From: a virus
Taxonomy: Duplodnaviria; Caudoviricetes
Direction: 5' to 3' (one strand)
Length of the DNA stretch: 64,000 nt
Virus record (IMG/VR): IMGVR_UViG_3300046819_000361
Shown here: positions 45,925-56,275 of the stretch, piece after piece
Layout: each line of letters starts with the position of its first letter
Numbering within the stretch: the first letter of the stretch is position 1
Notes under the pieces: model-generated
Database searches by the model: none
Seen by the model: the letters and a program-made list of their open reading frames with translations, nothing else
What the model was told of the DNA's origin: nothing
Made by a program: the position numbers and the translations under genes

Positions 45925-46164
45925 TTAAAATTTCATTATAATGGTGACAACAGTTGATAATAAACCAGCGATAATTGTTGCAGTAGCCCCAATGATTACT
46001 TTGCTCATACTTGATTTGCTTTCTTCAATTTTTTCAAATAAGGTTTCAACTTTTGTTTCAATTACTTGCAAACGTGATTCTAAATTTTGGTATCTTAATG
46101 CACATAATTCTACGTGGCTTTCTAAATTTTCTTTCTCAATATCAGTTGGTTTTAATGTTGTCAT
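45925..46164 (-). CDS. Small coiled-coil protein with C-terminal TM helix
   Basis: HVELCALRY, coiled coil, hydrophobic C-terminus. Confidence 0.55.
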   Translation of the reverse strand: MTTLKPTDIEKENLESHVELCALRYQNLESRLQVIETKVETLFEKIEESKSSMSKVIIGATATIIAGLLSTVVTIIMKF

Positions 46165-46203
46165 CGAATTCTCCGTTGACCCTGCTCAAGGGTATAGGTG
46201 TAT

Positions 46204-46608
46204 TTATAGAATTTTACTGAAAACAATATTCTTACCTGGTCCATCAGTAACAAATACTGCATATTTTTGCTCTAGTAATTCGTCCAACCCATTGATATAT
46301 GGGACCAATTCAAAATCATCTTTTAAAAACCCAATTGGATCACCATCTTTTTCGTATACGCCATCACGTTCGGATTCAAAATCAAAACGCCATACTCTGA
46401 TGATTTCATCAGTATCAAACCCCACTAATCTTCCTTTAGTTTCTGTAATTATTGGACTATTCAAAAACATAATATTGGATCGTATACCTAATGTTTGAAT
46501 AATTGTGTTAAAATTCTGTTCCTTCCATCGGGCTGATTCCTTTCCAATTTCTGCTCGATATTGACCGGTATGTGTAATGTCTACAAGAGTATATAATTTA
46601 TAATTCAT
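46204..46608 (-). CDS. Hypothetical protein
   Basis: Start MNYKLYTLVDIT at 46608; TAAATA 4 nt upstream. Confidence 0.55.
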   Translation of the reverse strand: MNYKLYTLVDITHTGQYRAEIGKESARWKEQNFNTIIQTLGIRSNIMFLNSPIITETKGRLVGFDTDEIIRVWRFDFESERDGVYEKDGDPIGFLKDDFELVPYINGLDELLEQKYAVFVTDGPGKNIVFSKIL

Positions 46609-46626
46609 GTTGTATTTACCATGCAT

Positions 46627-46654
46627 AAAAAAAGCCCACAAATTTGTGGGCTTT
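46627..46654 (-). terminator. Intrinsic terminator
   Basis: AAAGCCCACA-AATT-TGTGGGCTTT followed by a T run on the minus strand. Confidence 0.75.
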
Positions 46655-46680
46655 ATATGTACTAAAGTGAAAGTTATTGC

Positions 46681-47130
46681 TTAAGAGAAAGCAATAGAAG
46701 CACCAGTCCAAACACCTTCGGTGATAGCAACAGCGCCGTCGTATTTGTCTGCACTGTCAACACCTTTGATAGCTGCCAAGATTGCAGCTTCTGCATCACC
46801 CCATGTTGGAGGAACAGTTACTTCATTTGTATTGACATCTGAATCATTTGCAGTATTATCAGCAATCAATGCAACGAATGCAGTTGAGCTAGGCGCATAA
46901 ATTGCATAGATTTCGGCATTTAATTGTAATGCACGTACTGCAGCTGAATAATAACTATTAGAATCGGTATAAGCACCAGTTGCACCAGATTGTTTTGTCA
47001 AATCTTTGTCATTGCTGCCACTGTTGGTAATAGTTACAGAAATAGTACGTAATTTACGTGTACCGAATTGTGTGCTTGGGCTAGTTTTTACGTAGTTAGC
47101 AGCTACGATTGTATTTAATAATGAAGGCAT
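46681..47130 (-). CDS. Probable abundant virion (decoration-type) protein
   Basis: Ala/Thr-rich; strong AGGAG RBS, late promoter, own terminator; start MPSLL at 47130. Confidence 0.5.
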   Translation of the reverse strand: MPSLLNTIVAANYVKTSPSTQFGTRKLRTISVTITNSGSNDKDLTKQSGATGAYTDSNSYYSAAVRALQLNAEIYAIYAPSSTAFVALIADNTANDSDVNTNEVTVPPTWGDAEAAILAAIKGVDSADKYDGAVAITEGVWTGASIAFS

Positions 47131-47217
47131 AATCTTTCTCCTTGTATGCTTTTCACCCACCACTCCGTGGGTTTGTAATATTATTTATCTTTTTGCTAAA
47201 AAATGTGGTTTAAATGG

Positions 47218-47469
47218 TTACTTGTTAGAGTTACTTAATTTTTTAATTCCACGTTTAAATTTGCTATTATCACCAGATTTTATACTATTAATAAAACGCC
47301 TCTCTAAATCGATGGCAGTTTCTGGATCATAATTTTCTCTAATTAATTCAAGTATATTGATAGCACTTTGAATAATGTTTGAGCCACGACTTTCTATAAC
47401 TAAATTTGTATCTCTACTAATGCCAATTTGACTTAATTCTTCAAGAATTGAACGTGTTGATTTTTTCAT
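47218..47469 (-). CDS. Hypothetical protein
   Basis: 83-aa ORF; TAAATA upstream. Confidence 0.55.
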   Translation of the reverse strand: MKKSTRSILEELSQIGISRDTNLVIESRGSNIIQSAINILELIRENYDPETAIDLERRFINSIKSGDNSKFKRGIKKLSNSNK

Positions 47470-47578
47470 AACCTGTTTCCATATATTGTATTTATGGACA
47501 TTGTGTTAAATTGGTTGACTTTTTTCAAAAGTGTGGTATAATTCATTTCTCATATAACAGACATACACTGGAGAACTT

Positions 47579-47803
47579 ATGTCAACAATCACAAACAAAC
47601 TTCCACAAGCTGGTAAAACTGGCTACGATATTAGATCTGATATTTTAATGATGGCCAAAGAATTGGCTATTAAGGAATTTGATGCTGAATTTAAGTATTG
47701 GGAAATTCAGCAACAAGGAATGGAACACAAGCCAGAATTCCCATCTATAGATAAAATTCTTGAAATTGCCAATCGAATGAATGAGTTTGTGGGCAAGAAA
47801 TGA
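47579..47803 (+). CDS. Hypothetical protein in its own transcription unit
   Basis: Promoter TTGACT-16-TATAAT at 47515-47542, GGAG RBS, terminator downstream. Confidence 0.65.
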   Translation: MSTITNKLPQAGKTGYDIRSDILMMAKELAIKEFDAEFKYWEIQQQGMEHKPEFPSIDKILEIANRMNEFVGKK

Positions 47804-47808
47804 TGTTG

Positions 47809-47832
47809 AAAAGGGCTCTCGAGAGCCCTTTT
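47809..47832. terminator. Bidirectional terminator
   Basis: AAAAGGGCTCTCGAGAGCCCTTTT perfect palindrome between convergent genes. Confidence 0.8.
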
Positions 47833-48240
47833 CTATTCTATTGATTCAAAGCCAAAAAATTCTGGATGTAATTTGCCCCATCTACGCATGGATACAGCTG
47901 CCCGAGAATTTGCTTCATTTTCCTGTGGGCTACCGTCTTTGCCACTGTCATTAGTTAGCTCACCTTTAAGGTCTTGTATATAGTGGATTAGTTCATGTGT
48001 GAGAGTTCTCATGACATCTTGTATGTGACGATTGGATATCATAACGTTGATACTTTTGTCTGCTGGTCTATATCCACCGAATGAACTATTTTTTACACTA
48101 TAATCACTATTTTTTATTAAATGAATAGTTGGTAGTTCGTCTAATTCTAAATCAGTTTTTAAAAAACTTAAAAATTCTTTAAGTAGTTTTTCTGCTTGAT
48201 TGTGTGATAGACTTTCGGTTAGTATTTCTCGTATTTTCAT
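47833..48240 (-). CDS. Zincin-like metallopeptidase
   Basis: RTLTHELIHYIQ (HExxH) with downstream ENEAN. Confidence 0.7.
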   Translation of the reverse strand: MKIREILTESLSHNQAEKLLKEFLSFLKTDLELDELPTIHLIKNSDYSVKNSSFGGYRPADKSINVMISNRHIQDVMRTLTHELIHYIQDLKGELTNDSGKDGSPQENEANSRAAVSMRRWGKLHPEFFGFESIE

Positions 48241-48258
48241 TTGATATCCTGATAACTA

Positions 48259-48579
48259 TTATTTAGCAATCTGAGCCCGTGCTTGTTCTGCTAATAATTC
48301 TGAAACCTTTGCATTTAATGCAACGTTATCCCAGGTATTTTTAATAGCGTCATATGAAGAACCCTCCCAAACTACTAACATGCGTTGTGAAATACCACGG
48401 TTAGTTGTAGTTCCATCTGGCATTTCTTCTATTTGGAATGGTCCCATTTCTACTTCAACTTTGATTGTTTTTTCTTTGATATCTTCATGAATTGCAGTAA
48501 TCAAAAATTCACTAGATGAGATATTTTCTGATAAAATGATTTCACCTGTGAAAGATTGAATATTAGTTAGATCTGTCAT
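48259..48579 (-). CDS. Hypothetical protein
   Basis: 106-aa acidic ORF after the tail fibre gene. Confidence 0.5.
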   Translation of the reverse strand: MTDLTNIQSFTGEIILSENISSSEFLITAIHEDIKEKTIKVEVEMGPFQIEEMPDGTTTNRGISQRMLVVWEGSSYDAIKNTWDNVALNAKVSELLAEQARAQIAK

Positions 48580-48666
48580 AATAATTCCTATAATTGTTTG
48601 TTATGGTATTTATCCAATAAGCTAACAGCCTAATTCCAAAGTAACTAGGCTGTTGGGTATTAGGTT

Positions 48667-51600
48667 TTAATTATTTTCCAATTTTTCAACTCTTTCAATT
48701 AATTCTTTCAATGCTTGAATTACCAATGCGACAAGTTTATCATAATATACAGTCAAATATTTTTCATCAATTGGTGCTGGGACTACAATTTCTGGAAGTA
48801 CTGCTTGTACTTCTTGTGCAGAAACACCTACTTCTCGTTTAACACTATAACCTAATTGTTGGGCGATTTCATTTGCTTCATAATAAAACCCATTTAAATT
48901 CTTTATTTTTTCAATAGCATCTTCAATGTTTCCTAATTTAGTTTTCAAGCGTTCATCGGAATAATATGCTGTGATATTATTAGTAGCCCTAATTTCACCG
49001 GTGGTAGCTGATGCAGCAGTTCCAATACCAAGTGAATTTAATTGTACGTTGGACGCAGTTGTATAAGATGTTCCAGCAGGTCCAGTGGCACCATTAGTTC
49101 CATTAGTTCCAGCAGGTCCAGTGGCACCATTAGTTCCATTAGTTCCAGCAGGTCCAGTGGCACCATTAGTTCCATTAGTTCCATTAGTTCCATTAGTTCC
49201 AGCAGGTCCAGTGGCACCATTAGTTCCATTAGTTCCATTAGTTCCAGCAGGTCCAGTGGCACCATTAGTTCCATTAGTTCCAGCAGGTCCAGTAGCACCA
49301 CCAACACCAGCCGCCCAAGATACGGTAGATCCATTTGTCGATAAATATTTTCCATTTTGGCCAGAAACCGATGGTATACCAACTGCTTGTGTCACCCCAT
49401 CTGGGAATCTTACACCGGTAGTAGTTTCAATAGTCCCATTTACTAATAATTTTGAACTGTTGACATTGGTGGTAGAGCCAATTAATACATTACCAGAAGC
49501 ATCAATTCTTAATTTTTCAGTGGGTGCCGCACCATTACTAGTTAAAAATGCTAGATAATTCGATGTATTACCACCTGAAACTATTTGTGCATATCTATTA
49601 TCACTATAATCAACCGATCCGGTAATAAAAGTTAATGCAGATAATGGTGTGCCAGTTCCATTTCTATTTTGGATTATTGTGTTAGTCACTCCATCAACAT
49701 CACGTCTGATATGAACTGCACCAGCTATAGTTGAACCTATTGTTCCAATTCCTAATGTGCCTGTATAGATAGATAAAGTACCATTGCCAGCAGTCCCATT
49801 ACCGGAAGTGGCCATAATTCTTGTATCATAATCTACTGTTGTAGCACCACTATTGAAATCAAGATAAGGAGATGAAGCAGTATTATCTAATCTACCTAAT
49901 GTAATACTACCACCACTATCAGTGCCGATACCAACTCTACTTGTAGCACCCCAAATTGCAGTTGAGCCAAATATATTAGTTGTAGTAGTACCAGTACTAC
50001 TGCCAATATTAATACCAGTTGTTGAACCACTTACGCCACCTGTGCCAATAGCAATATTTTTAGTTGCACCGCTAATAGTAGCACCAGTATCAATATTAAG
50101 TGTATGGGTAGCAGTTGATTGACCAATTTGAATTAATCCAGTTTGACCTGTACCACCTAAAGTTAATGTACCTGTACTAGCTGCTGTTCCCAAAGAAGTT
50201 GTAGTTGTAGTTGCACCAACTAACGATATTGTATTAGATGCAGTTAATGTACTAATAAATGATGCACCAGCTGCAACTGACAATGAAGATTGTAATGCAA
50301 CAGGGTTATAAAAATAAGCATTGCCTCTACCAATTAATTCATTATTAAATATAGTTTTAGGATCAACTATAACATGATTACCGATAACTTTTAATGCATT
50401 AGTATTTGTTGTAAATTGATATACTCTATCAGCACTATTATCAATTAATAAGGCAATATTATTACTAATATCAATATAGATATCACTGATATTACCAATA
50501 TTAACACCACCTGCTGCAGCAATTAATCTACTATCATAGACCGCAGTTGTTATATTCCATGGTGTAGATAAATTATATTGTAATATTGCATCTGCAACTA
50601 AACCAACAATATACATTTTAGTGCCATCGCTATTAAATTCAATACCGTTTGGTGCAGTTTCTTGAGTAGCAACTGAGAATGTATAAGTAGGAGTTGTAGC
50701 AGTAGTTGTTAAATCCCATGGTGTAGATAATGCGAATTGATAAACAGTATTATTAGTATCTCCAATAAGATGCATTTTAGTGCCATCTGGACTAAATTCT
50801 AACCCAGCTGGAACTGTATCTTGAGTAAATGTATATGAAGTTACATAACTAGCAGTAGAAATATTCCATGCAGTTGATAAATTAAACTGTTGAACTGTAT
50901 CAGTAGTTGAATCATTAACAATATAAAAAGCTGTGCCATCTGGTTTAAAGAATAACGAATGTGGTGTTCCAGCAGTTGTAGTTACACTAAATGATAATCC
51001 TGAATAAACAGCAGTAGAAACATCGAATGCAGTAGATAAAGTATATTGATAGACTGTATCATTGGTTGATCCAATAATATACATTTTAGTGCCATCTGTT
51101 GACATACTTAATCCTAATGCATTGGTTTCTTGTCCAGTAATAGAAATACTATTAACATATCCCCATCCTTCAACACCACTAGTTTTAGTTAAGATTTCTT
51201 GCGTGTTAGATATTTTAAAATTACCATCTACTTCTAATTTAACACTTGGACTTGTTGTTCCTATACCAACATTACCAGTTCCTTTTGGTGTCAATAATAT
51301 ATTGATATTAGTATCAGACCCTTGAGCGGATAAAACCGGACTATTTCCTGTTGCAGATCCAGTTATTTGAACATAATTAACAGCAGATGTGGTATGCGAT
51401 ATTCTAAATTGCTCGTCTGATACATTAGATGACGTATAAAATCTAACGCTACCTCCACCCGTTGCATATAGACCAAAATTTGCCGAACCCATTGCTCCTA
51501 ATTTTTGAATATTATTCGAATTGTCGCGAGAAAATAAGGTATATTGGCCCGTTGTTGTTGCATCGTCAAATTGTACCTGAGTATTAGAACTTGACCCAGT

Positions 51601-54600
51601 TTTTATCTTAACTGAACCCGTGCCTTTAGCTGCAATATTAAAATCAATATTCGAATCACTACCCTGTGCAGATATAGTAGGACCAGAACCAGTCGCTGCT
51701 CCAGTAACGTTAACATAATTAACAGCAGATGTGGTATGCGATACCCTTAATTGACTATTACTGCCAGCACCCCCCGTTCCAAAATTATGAACTCCCGTAC
51801 CTTTAGTAACGAAGTTAAAAGTTACATTTGTATCAGAACCAGTCGCTAATAAAGTTGGCCAATTAGTAGTTGATGCGCCATTCGCTTGAATATAGTTAAC
51901 AGCAGAATCAACATTAGCCACCGAAAATTGAGTGTTAGAATTTGCCCCAGTTTTAAAATTAACAGAACCAGTGCCTTTGGTAATCAAATCCAACCCAATA
52001 TTAGTGTCCGAACCAGCAACAGAATAACTAGGAGAAGATCCTGCAACTGCACCAGTCATTTGAACCCAGTTAACTGATGATGTAGTATTAGTAAATTTAG
52101 CTTGTCTAACTGCTCCACCGTTAGTAAGTATATCTACCGATTCACTACCCTTTGAGAATATATTCATTCTAATATTCGAATCACTACCCTGTGCCGAAAA
52201 AGCAACTGGGTTATTAGTTGCAGATCCTGTTGTTTGAATGTAATTTACAGCAGAGGCTGTATGAGATACTTTAAATTGCGTATATCCACCAAGCGTACCG
52301 ATATTTACACTACCAGTACCACCAGTATGAATTTGTGCATCACTTGTTGCGTGAGAAGAACGTAAAATGGCGGTATTATTATTGGTTCCCATTGCTTGCC
52401 AGTAAGCTGTAGGAACATTTCCAGTATCAACTATGCGGAACGCTTCTCCTCCAGAAACATTGAAAGATAATGAATTACCAAGAGATTGTATTTTTGTCGC
52501 GCTACCAATAGTTGCGTATGCAGCAGCACCAGAACCCCCACCACCAGAAAACGTTACGGTTGGTTGTTCGATATAACCGGAACCAGCATTGGTGATATTG
52601 AACGTAGAATTTATCGTCCAACCAGTCAAATTAAAGGTAGCAGAATTCCCTGTTCCGCCAGTAACTGATACGGGATTTGTAGGAGCTACAGAATATGCAC
52701 CATATCCTCCGCCAATACTAACGCCAGTAATAACGCCACTAGAAACTGAAGTTACTGTTACATATCCAGCAGAAGTATATGTACCACCAACAATAGTAAG
52801 AACATCATTTACAGAATAACCGGAACCCCCTGATACTATATTAACAAGAGGAAACCCAATCGACACCGTAGCAGTAGCTTGCACTCCGGTAGAAGTCGTA
52901 GGAGGGGATATTGTAACTGCTGGAGCAGATGTATAATTTGAACCAGGGGCAGATCTGATGATAGCAGTAACAGTATTACCATTGCTAATATTAACACCGC
53001 CAGAACCAGCTGCTAAATCAATCGCGCCAGCGCCTTTAGATTGTAATGCTAATGCAATATCAGCATCAGACCCTTGAGCGGAAAGTATTGGTTCATTATT
53101 AGCTGAAGCTCCAGTCGCCTGTAAAAAATTAACCGCTGAAGCAACAGGAGTAACTCTAAACTGAGAACCATTATTGGAATAAACGTTTAAATATCCGTTT
53201 TTGGGAGCTAAAACTAAATTAATAGCAGCATCAGAACCTTGCGCGGAAATAGCTGGAGCATTAGTTGTACTATTTCCGGTTACTTGAATATAATTTACGG
53301 CAGATGAAATATTTGCAATAGAAAATTGAGTGCTACCAAAAGTATTGGTTTGAAAATTAATCTGACCAGCACCTTTTGACGATATATTAAGACCTATATC
53401 AGTAGAAGCACCCGCAACCCATAATCCAGGACTAGCATTAGATTGTCCTGTTACTGCAATATAATTATTTACCGCACCAGTATTTAAAACCCTAAATTGA
53501 GTTCCACCAGATGTAGCAAAGTTAACTGAACCCGAACCTTTAGAGGCAATATTAAAGTCTACATTTGTGTCAGTACCTTGAGAGGACAAAGTAGGACCAG
53601 AACCAGATGCAGCTCCGGTTGCTTGAGCGTAGTTAACTGCTGAAGCAGTATGGGAAATTGAAAAATTTCTACCATCTAAACCGCCACTATAGAAATCGAA
53701 TCTACCCGAACCTTTAGCCGAAAATGCGATACCGTTATTAGTATCTGAACCTTGAACTGATATAACTGGTTGAAATCCCGTTGCAGAACCAGTAACCTGC
53801 ACATAGTTAACAGCAGATGCGGTATCAGCAACTCTAAATTGTTCAGCAGAATAACCTCTGGTGAACAATTTAATTGCAGCTGAACCTAACGAGGATTGAT
53901 GCAACTCAGTACTACCAGTTCCTTCAATTCCTAGTTTAGCTGCACCTCCGTTTATACCCCCAGTAACTTGAATATAACTTGTAGCAGAAGCATAATTTGC
54001 TATTTTAAATTGCGTATTATTATTGCTACCAGTATCAAATTGATAAGCACCAGTACCTTGAGTTCTTAATCTAAAATCTACATTGGTATCAGTACCGGCA
54101 ACTTGTAATAGCGGAGAAATCCCTGTAGAGGTTGAAGTAAAAATACCATAATTAACATTGGTCGATTGACTATTAATTAAGAAAGATGAACCCGTTACAC
54201 TAACAAATTGATGACTACCTACCCCTTTAGTTTGAAAAATCAATCCAACATTAGAATCTGAACCTTGCGCTGATATTGCTGGAGTATTATTAGTTGCCGA
54301 CCCGTATATATTAATGAAATTTACAGCATTACTAGCATGTGAAACTTGAAATTGTTTATTACCAACCGTATTAGTCCAAAACTCGATAGATTGATTTCCT
54401 TTAGATGATAATAGTAATGCCACATTAGTATCTATACCTTGTGCCATCATACCAACGGTATATCCAGTTTGACTACCAAATGCTCTAGGATAATTTACAA
54501 TAGAACCACCAGTACTATACGGATGGTCAGTTGCAGTAAATACAACTCCATTAGCAACTGCTAATTTAGTAATTCCGGTACTAACAGCACTTAATGTTAA

Positions 54601-54993
54601 ATCAGTAGAGGGGGCAGTAACAGAAGGTGTAATAACAGCAGAAGCATTGGCAGTTCCAGACACATCTAATTTATACGCTGGTGAGATAGTTCCGATACCA
54701 ACATTGCCTGAATATTGTGCAAATTTTATAGTACCAGTATCTAATACTTCGATACTAGGAATACCAGACACATCATTAACAGCAAATATAGTACCAGACA
54801 AACTATTAGTGATACTGAATAATTGGCCAGCCGATCCTTCAAAACTTAATGTTCCGCTAGAAGTTGGGTATGCTTTTAATGTAATATTCTGAGCTGCAGT
54901 TGATGAGTCTGCCCCAGAAAATACAATCTTTGGATCTTCGGTAGACGAACCAATATTTGGTGTAATTACGATGTTACGATCATTATATGACAT
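48667..54993 (-). CDS. Long tail fibre with C-terminal intramolecular chaperone (peptidase S74)
   Basis: About 57-aa SAVNYxQxTG...AQGSDxN repeats, propeller-like DGTKMY repeats, collagen-like segment, YSDERLK...GVSAQEV...YDKLVAL. Confidence 0.88.
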   Translation of the reverse strand: MSYNDRNIVITPNIGSSTEDPKIVFSGADSSTAAQNITLKAYPTSSGTLSFEGSAGQLFSITNSLSGTIFAVNDVSGIPSIEVLDTGTIKFAQYSGNVGIGTISPAYKLDVSGTANASAVITPSVTAPSTDLTLSAVSTGITKLAVANGVVFTATDHPYSTGGSIVNYPRAFGSQTGYTVGMMAQGIDTNVALLLSSKGNQSIEFWTNTVGNKQFQVSHASNAVNFINIYGSATNNTPAISAQGSDSNVGLIFQTKGVGSHQFVSVTGSSFLINSQSTNVNYGIFTSTSTGISPLLQVAGTDTNVDFRLRTQGTGAYQFDTGSNNNTQFKIANYASATSYIQVTGGINGGAAKLGIEGTGSTELHQSSLGSAAIKLFTRGYSAEQFRVADTASAVNYVQVTGSATGFQPVISVQGSDTNNGIAFSAKGSGRFDFYSGGLDGRNFSISHTASAVNYAQATGAASGSGPTLSSQGTDTNVDFNIASKGSGSVNFATSGGTQFRVLNTGAVNNYIAVTGQSNASPGLWVAGASTDIGLNISSKGAGQINFQTNTFGSTQFSIANISSAVNYIQVTGNSTTNAPAISAQGSDAAINLVLAPKNGYLNVYSNNGSQFRVTPVASAVNFLQATGASANNEPILSAQGSDADIALALQSKGAGAIDLAAGSGGVNISNGNTVTAIIRSAPGSNYTSAPAVTISPPTTSTGVQATATVSIGFPLVNIVSGGSGYSVNDVLTIVGGTYTSAGYVTVTSVSSGVITGVSIGGGYGAYSVAPTNPVSVTGGTGNSATFNLTGWTINSTFNITNAGSGYIEQPTVTFSGGGGSGAAAYATIGSATKIQSLGNSLSFNVSGGEAFRIVDTGNVPTAYWQAMGTNNNTAILRSSHATSDAQIHTGGTGSVNIGTLGGYTQFKVSHTASAVNYIQTTGSATNNPVAFSAQGSDSNIRMNIFSKGSESVDILTNGGAVRQAKFTNTTSSVNWVQMTGAVAGSSPSYSVAGSDTNIGLDLITKGTGSVNFKTGANSNTQFSVANVDSAVNYIQANGASTTNWPTLLATGSDTNVTFNFVTKGTGVHNFGTGGAGSNSQLRVSHTTSAVNYVNVTGAATGSGPTISAQGSDSNIDFNIAAKGTGSVKIKTGSSSNTQVQFDDATTTGQYTLFSRDNSNNIQKLGAMGSANFGLYATGGGSVRFYTSSNVSDEQFRISHTTSAVNYVQITGSATGNSPVLSAQGSDTNINILLTPKGTGNVGIGTTSPSVKLEVDGNFKISNTQEILTKTSGVEGWGYVNSISITGQETNALGLSMSTDGTKMYIIGSTNDTVYQYTLSTAFDVSTAVYSGLSFSVTTTAGTPHSLFFKPDGTAFYIVNDSTTDTVQQFNLSTAWNISTASYVTSYTFTQDTVPAGLEFSPDGTKMHLIGDTNNTVYQFALSTPWDLTTTATTPTYTFSVATQETAPNGIEFNSDGTKMYIVGLVADAILQYNLSTPWNITTAVYDSRLIAAAGGVNIGNISDIYIDISNNIALLIDNSADRVYQFTTNTNALKVIGNHVIVDPKTIFNNELIGRGNAYFYNPVALQSSLSVAAGASFISTLTASNTISLVGATTTTTSLGTAASTGTLTLGGTGQTGLIQIGQSTATHTLNIDTGATISGATKNIAIGTGGVSGSTTGINIGSSTGTTTTNIFGSTAIWGATSRVGIGTDSGGSITLGRLDNTASSPYLDFNSGATTVDYDTRIMATSGNGTAGNGTLSIYTGTLGIGTIGSTIAGAVHIRRDVDGVTNTIIQNRNGTGTPLSALTFITGSVDYSDNRYAQIVSGGNTSNYLAFLTSNGAAPTEKLRIDASGNVLIGSTTNVNSSKLLVNGTIETTTGVRFPDGVTQAVGIPSVSGQNGKYLSTNGSTVSWAAGVGGATGPAGTNGTNGATGPAGTNGTNGTNGATGPAGTNGTNGTNGTNGATGPAGTNGTNGATGPAGTNGTNGATGPAGTSYTTASNVQLNSLGIGTAASATTGEIRATNNITAYYSDERLKTKLGNIEDAIEKIKNLNGFYYEANEIAQQLGYSVKREVGVSAQEVQAVLPEIVVPAPIDEKYLTVYYDKLVALVIQALKELIERVEKLENN
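49072..49296 (-). repeat. Perfect tandem repeats encoding GATGPA(GTN)n
   Basis: 9-nt CCATTAGTT units between 18-nt CCAGCAGGTCCAGTGGCA units. Confidence 0.9.
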
Positions 54994-55024
54994 TTAAAAT
55001 CCTACTTTTTATATTCTATATTTA

Positions 55025-56275
55025 TCACAATCCATATCGGCCTCTTAACGCATTGAAACTTTGTACGATATCAGCAGCTGATAATGCTCGATTGTAAATA
55101 TTAGTAACACCAATTCTACCGTCAAAACGATTACCGCCACGCACACCTATTGTTAATGTTTTAACGGTATTAGTAATAGCACCAGTTGATTCACTACTAG
55201 TGGAAACATAGGACCCATTTCTATATATTCGCAATAAACTACCATCATAGGTTGCTACAATATGATGCCATGCATTTACTGACACACTTTCATATAATGT
55301 TATCCAAGTAGCAGAAGCTGTACCCGCAGAAAATCGTTCGGCAGTAATTTGGGTAGTAGCCCCAGCAGTACCACCAAGAAAGTATAAATTATACCCATCT
55401 CGTCCAGACCCAGGATTGCTTTCACGGTCAAAAATACCAGTATAATTTGATGCTCCTGGATTTCTAGTAGGATATATCCATGCTTCTAATGTATATGGTG
55501 AATTACCCAAGAATTGTAGATTAGGGTTATTAGCAAAGGTTAATTGTTGCGATTTAGTATAATCATAACTAAAATATCCGCTTGAGTTGTATACAGGCGA
55601 ATTAACTATAGTTGCAGTATTGTTGTTATTACTAATATCAGATACTGTAGTAGATTGAGTAATTATAGAACCAGTAGTTGGTGTGTAAGCTGTTAACCCT
55701 GTTTTTTTAGTTAATTGTGGACCAGAAACATATAATCGTTTACCGATTGCTAACGGAGTTGTCCATATTATTGACATGATTGCAGTACCCGCTTGATCTG
55801 TAACGGCAGTTAATGATAACCGATACCACCCATCACCAATATATTTAAGTTGTTTATCAACAATTACGCCACTATAATCGACCATAGTACTGGATGACAA
55901 CGTATAATCAACTTGGCGTTGGGTTGTCCATGCTCTGCCAGTACCTGTCCAAAATCTTAATGATATAATATTAATAGAATCTATATCTCTAACATACCAA
56001 CTTTGTGTTACTGTATCGCCTGCAGCAACTGATGATGCCCCTTCATAAATATATTGCGCCCCAGAATTATCAGATATGGTTATGATAGTATATGAGTTAT
56101 TAACTGGGCCGCCGGTTGATATTAATGTTTTATAACATCGAGTAGCATTTAGAGAACTTAAACTTTCGCTATCGGGATACAAATTTTCCGATTGATTATA
56201 ACTTTTAAGATTCACGGGGTCTAACGATAATACCAATCCAGAACTTGATAGTTCTGGTCCACTATAACAACTCAT
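55025..56275 (-). CDS. LamG/concanavalin-A-like lectin domain virion protein
   Basis: GLVLSLD start, WHHIVATYDG, IYNRALS...FNALRGRYGL. Confidence 0.75.
   Translation of the reverse strand: MSCYSGPELSSSGLVLSLDPVNLKSYNQSENLYPDSESLSSLNATRCYKTLISTGGPVNNSYTIITISDNSGAQYIYEGASSVAAGDTVTQSWYVRDIDSINIISLRFWTGTGRAWTTQRQVDYTLSSSTMVDYSGVIVDKQLKYIGDGWYRLSLTAVTDQAGTAIMSIIWTTPLAIGKRLYVSGPQLTKKTGLTAYTPTTGSIITQSTTVSDISNNNNTATIVNSPVYNSSGYFSYDYTKSQQLTFANNPNLQFLGNSPYTLEAWIYPTRNPGASNYTGIFDRESNPGSGRDGYNLYFLGGTAGATTQITAERFSAGTASATWITLYESVSVNAWHHIVATYDGSLLRIYRNGSYVSTSSESTGAITNTVKTLTIGVRGGNRFDGRIGVTNIYNRALSAADIVQSFNALRGRYGL

Noticed and set aside
45941-46498. 185-aa plus-strand ORF
   Set aside because: Antisense to two credible minus-strand genes; no RBS or recognisable motif
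49072-49296. CRISPR-like array
   Set aside because: Repeats are in-frame coding units with no unique spacers; no cas genes
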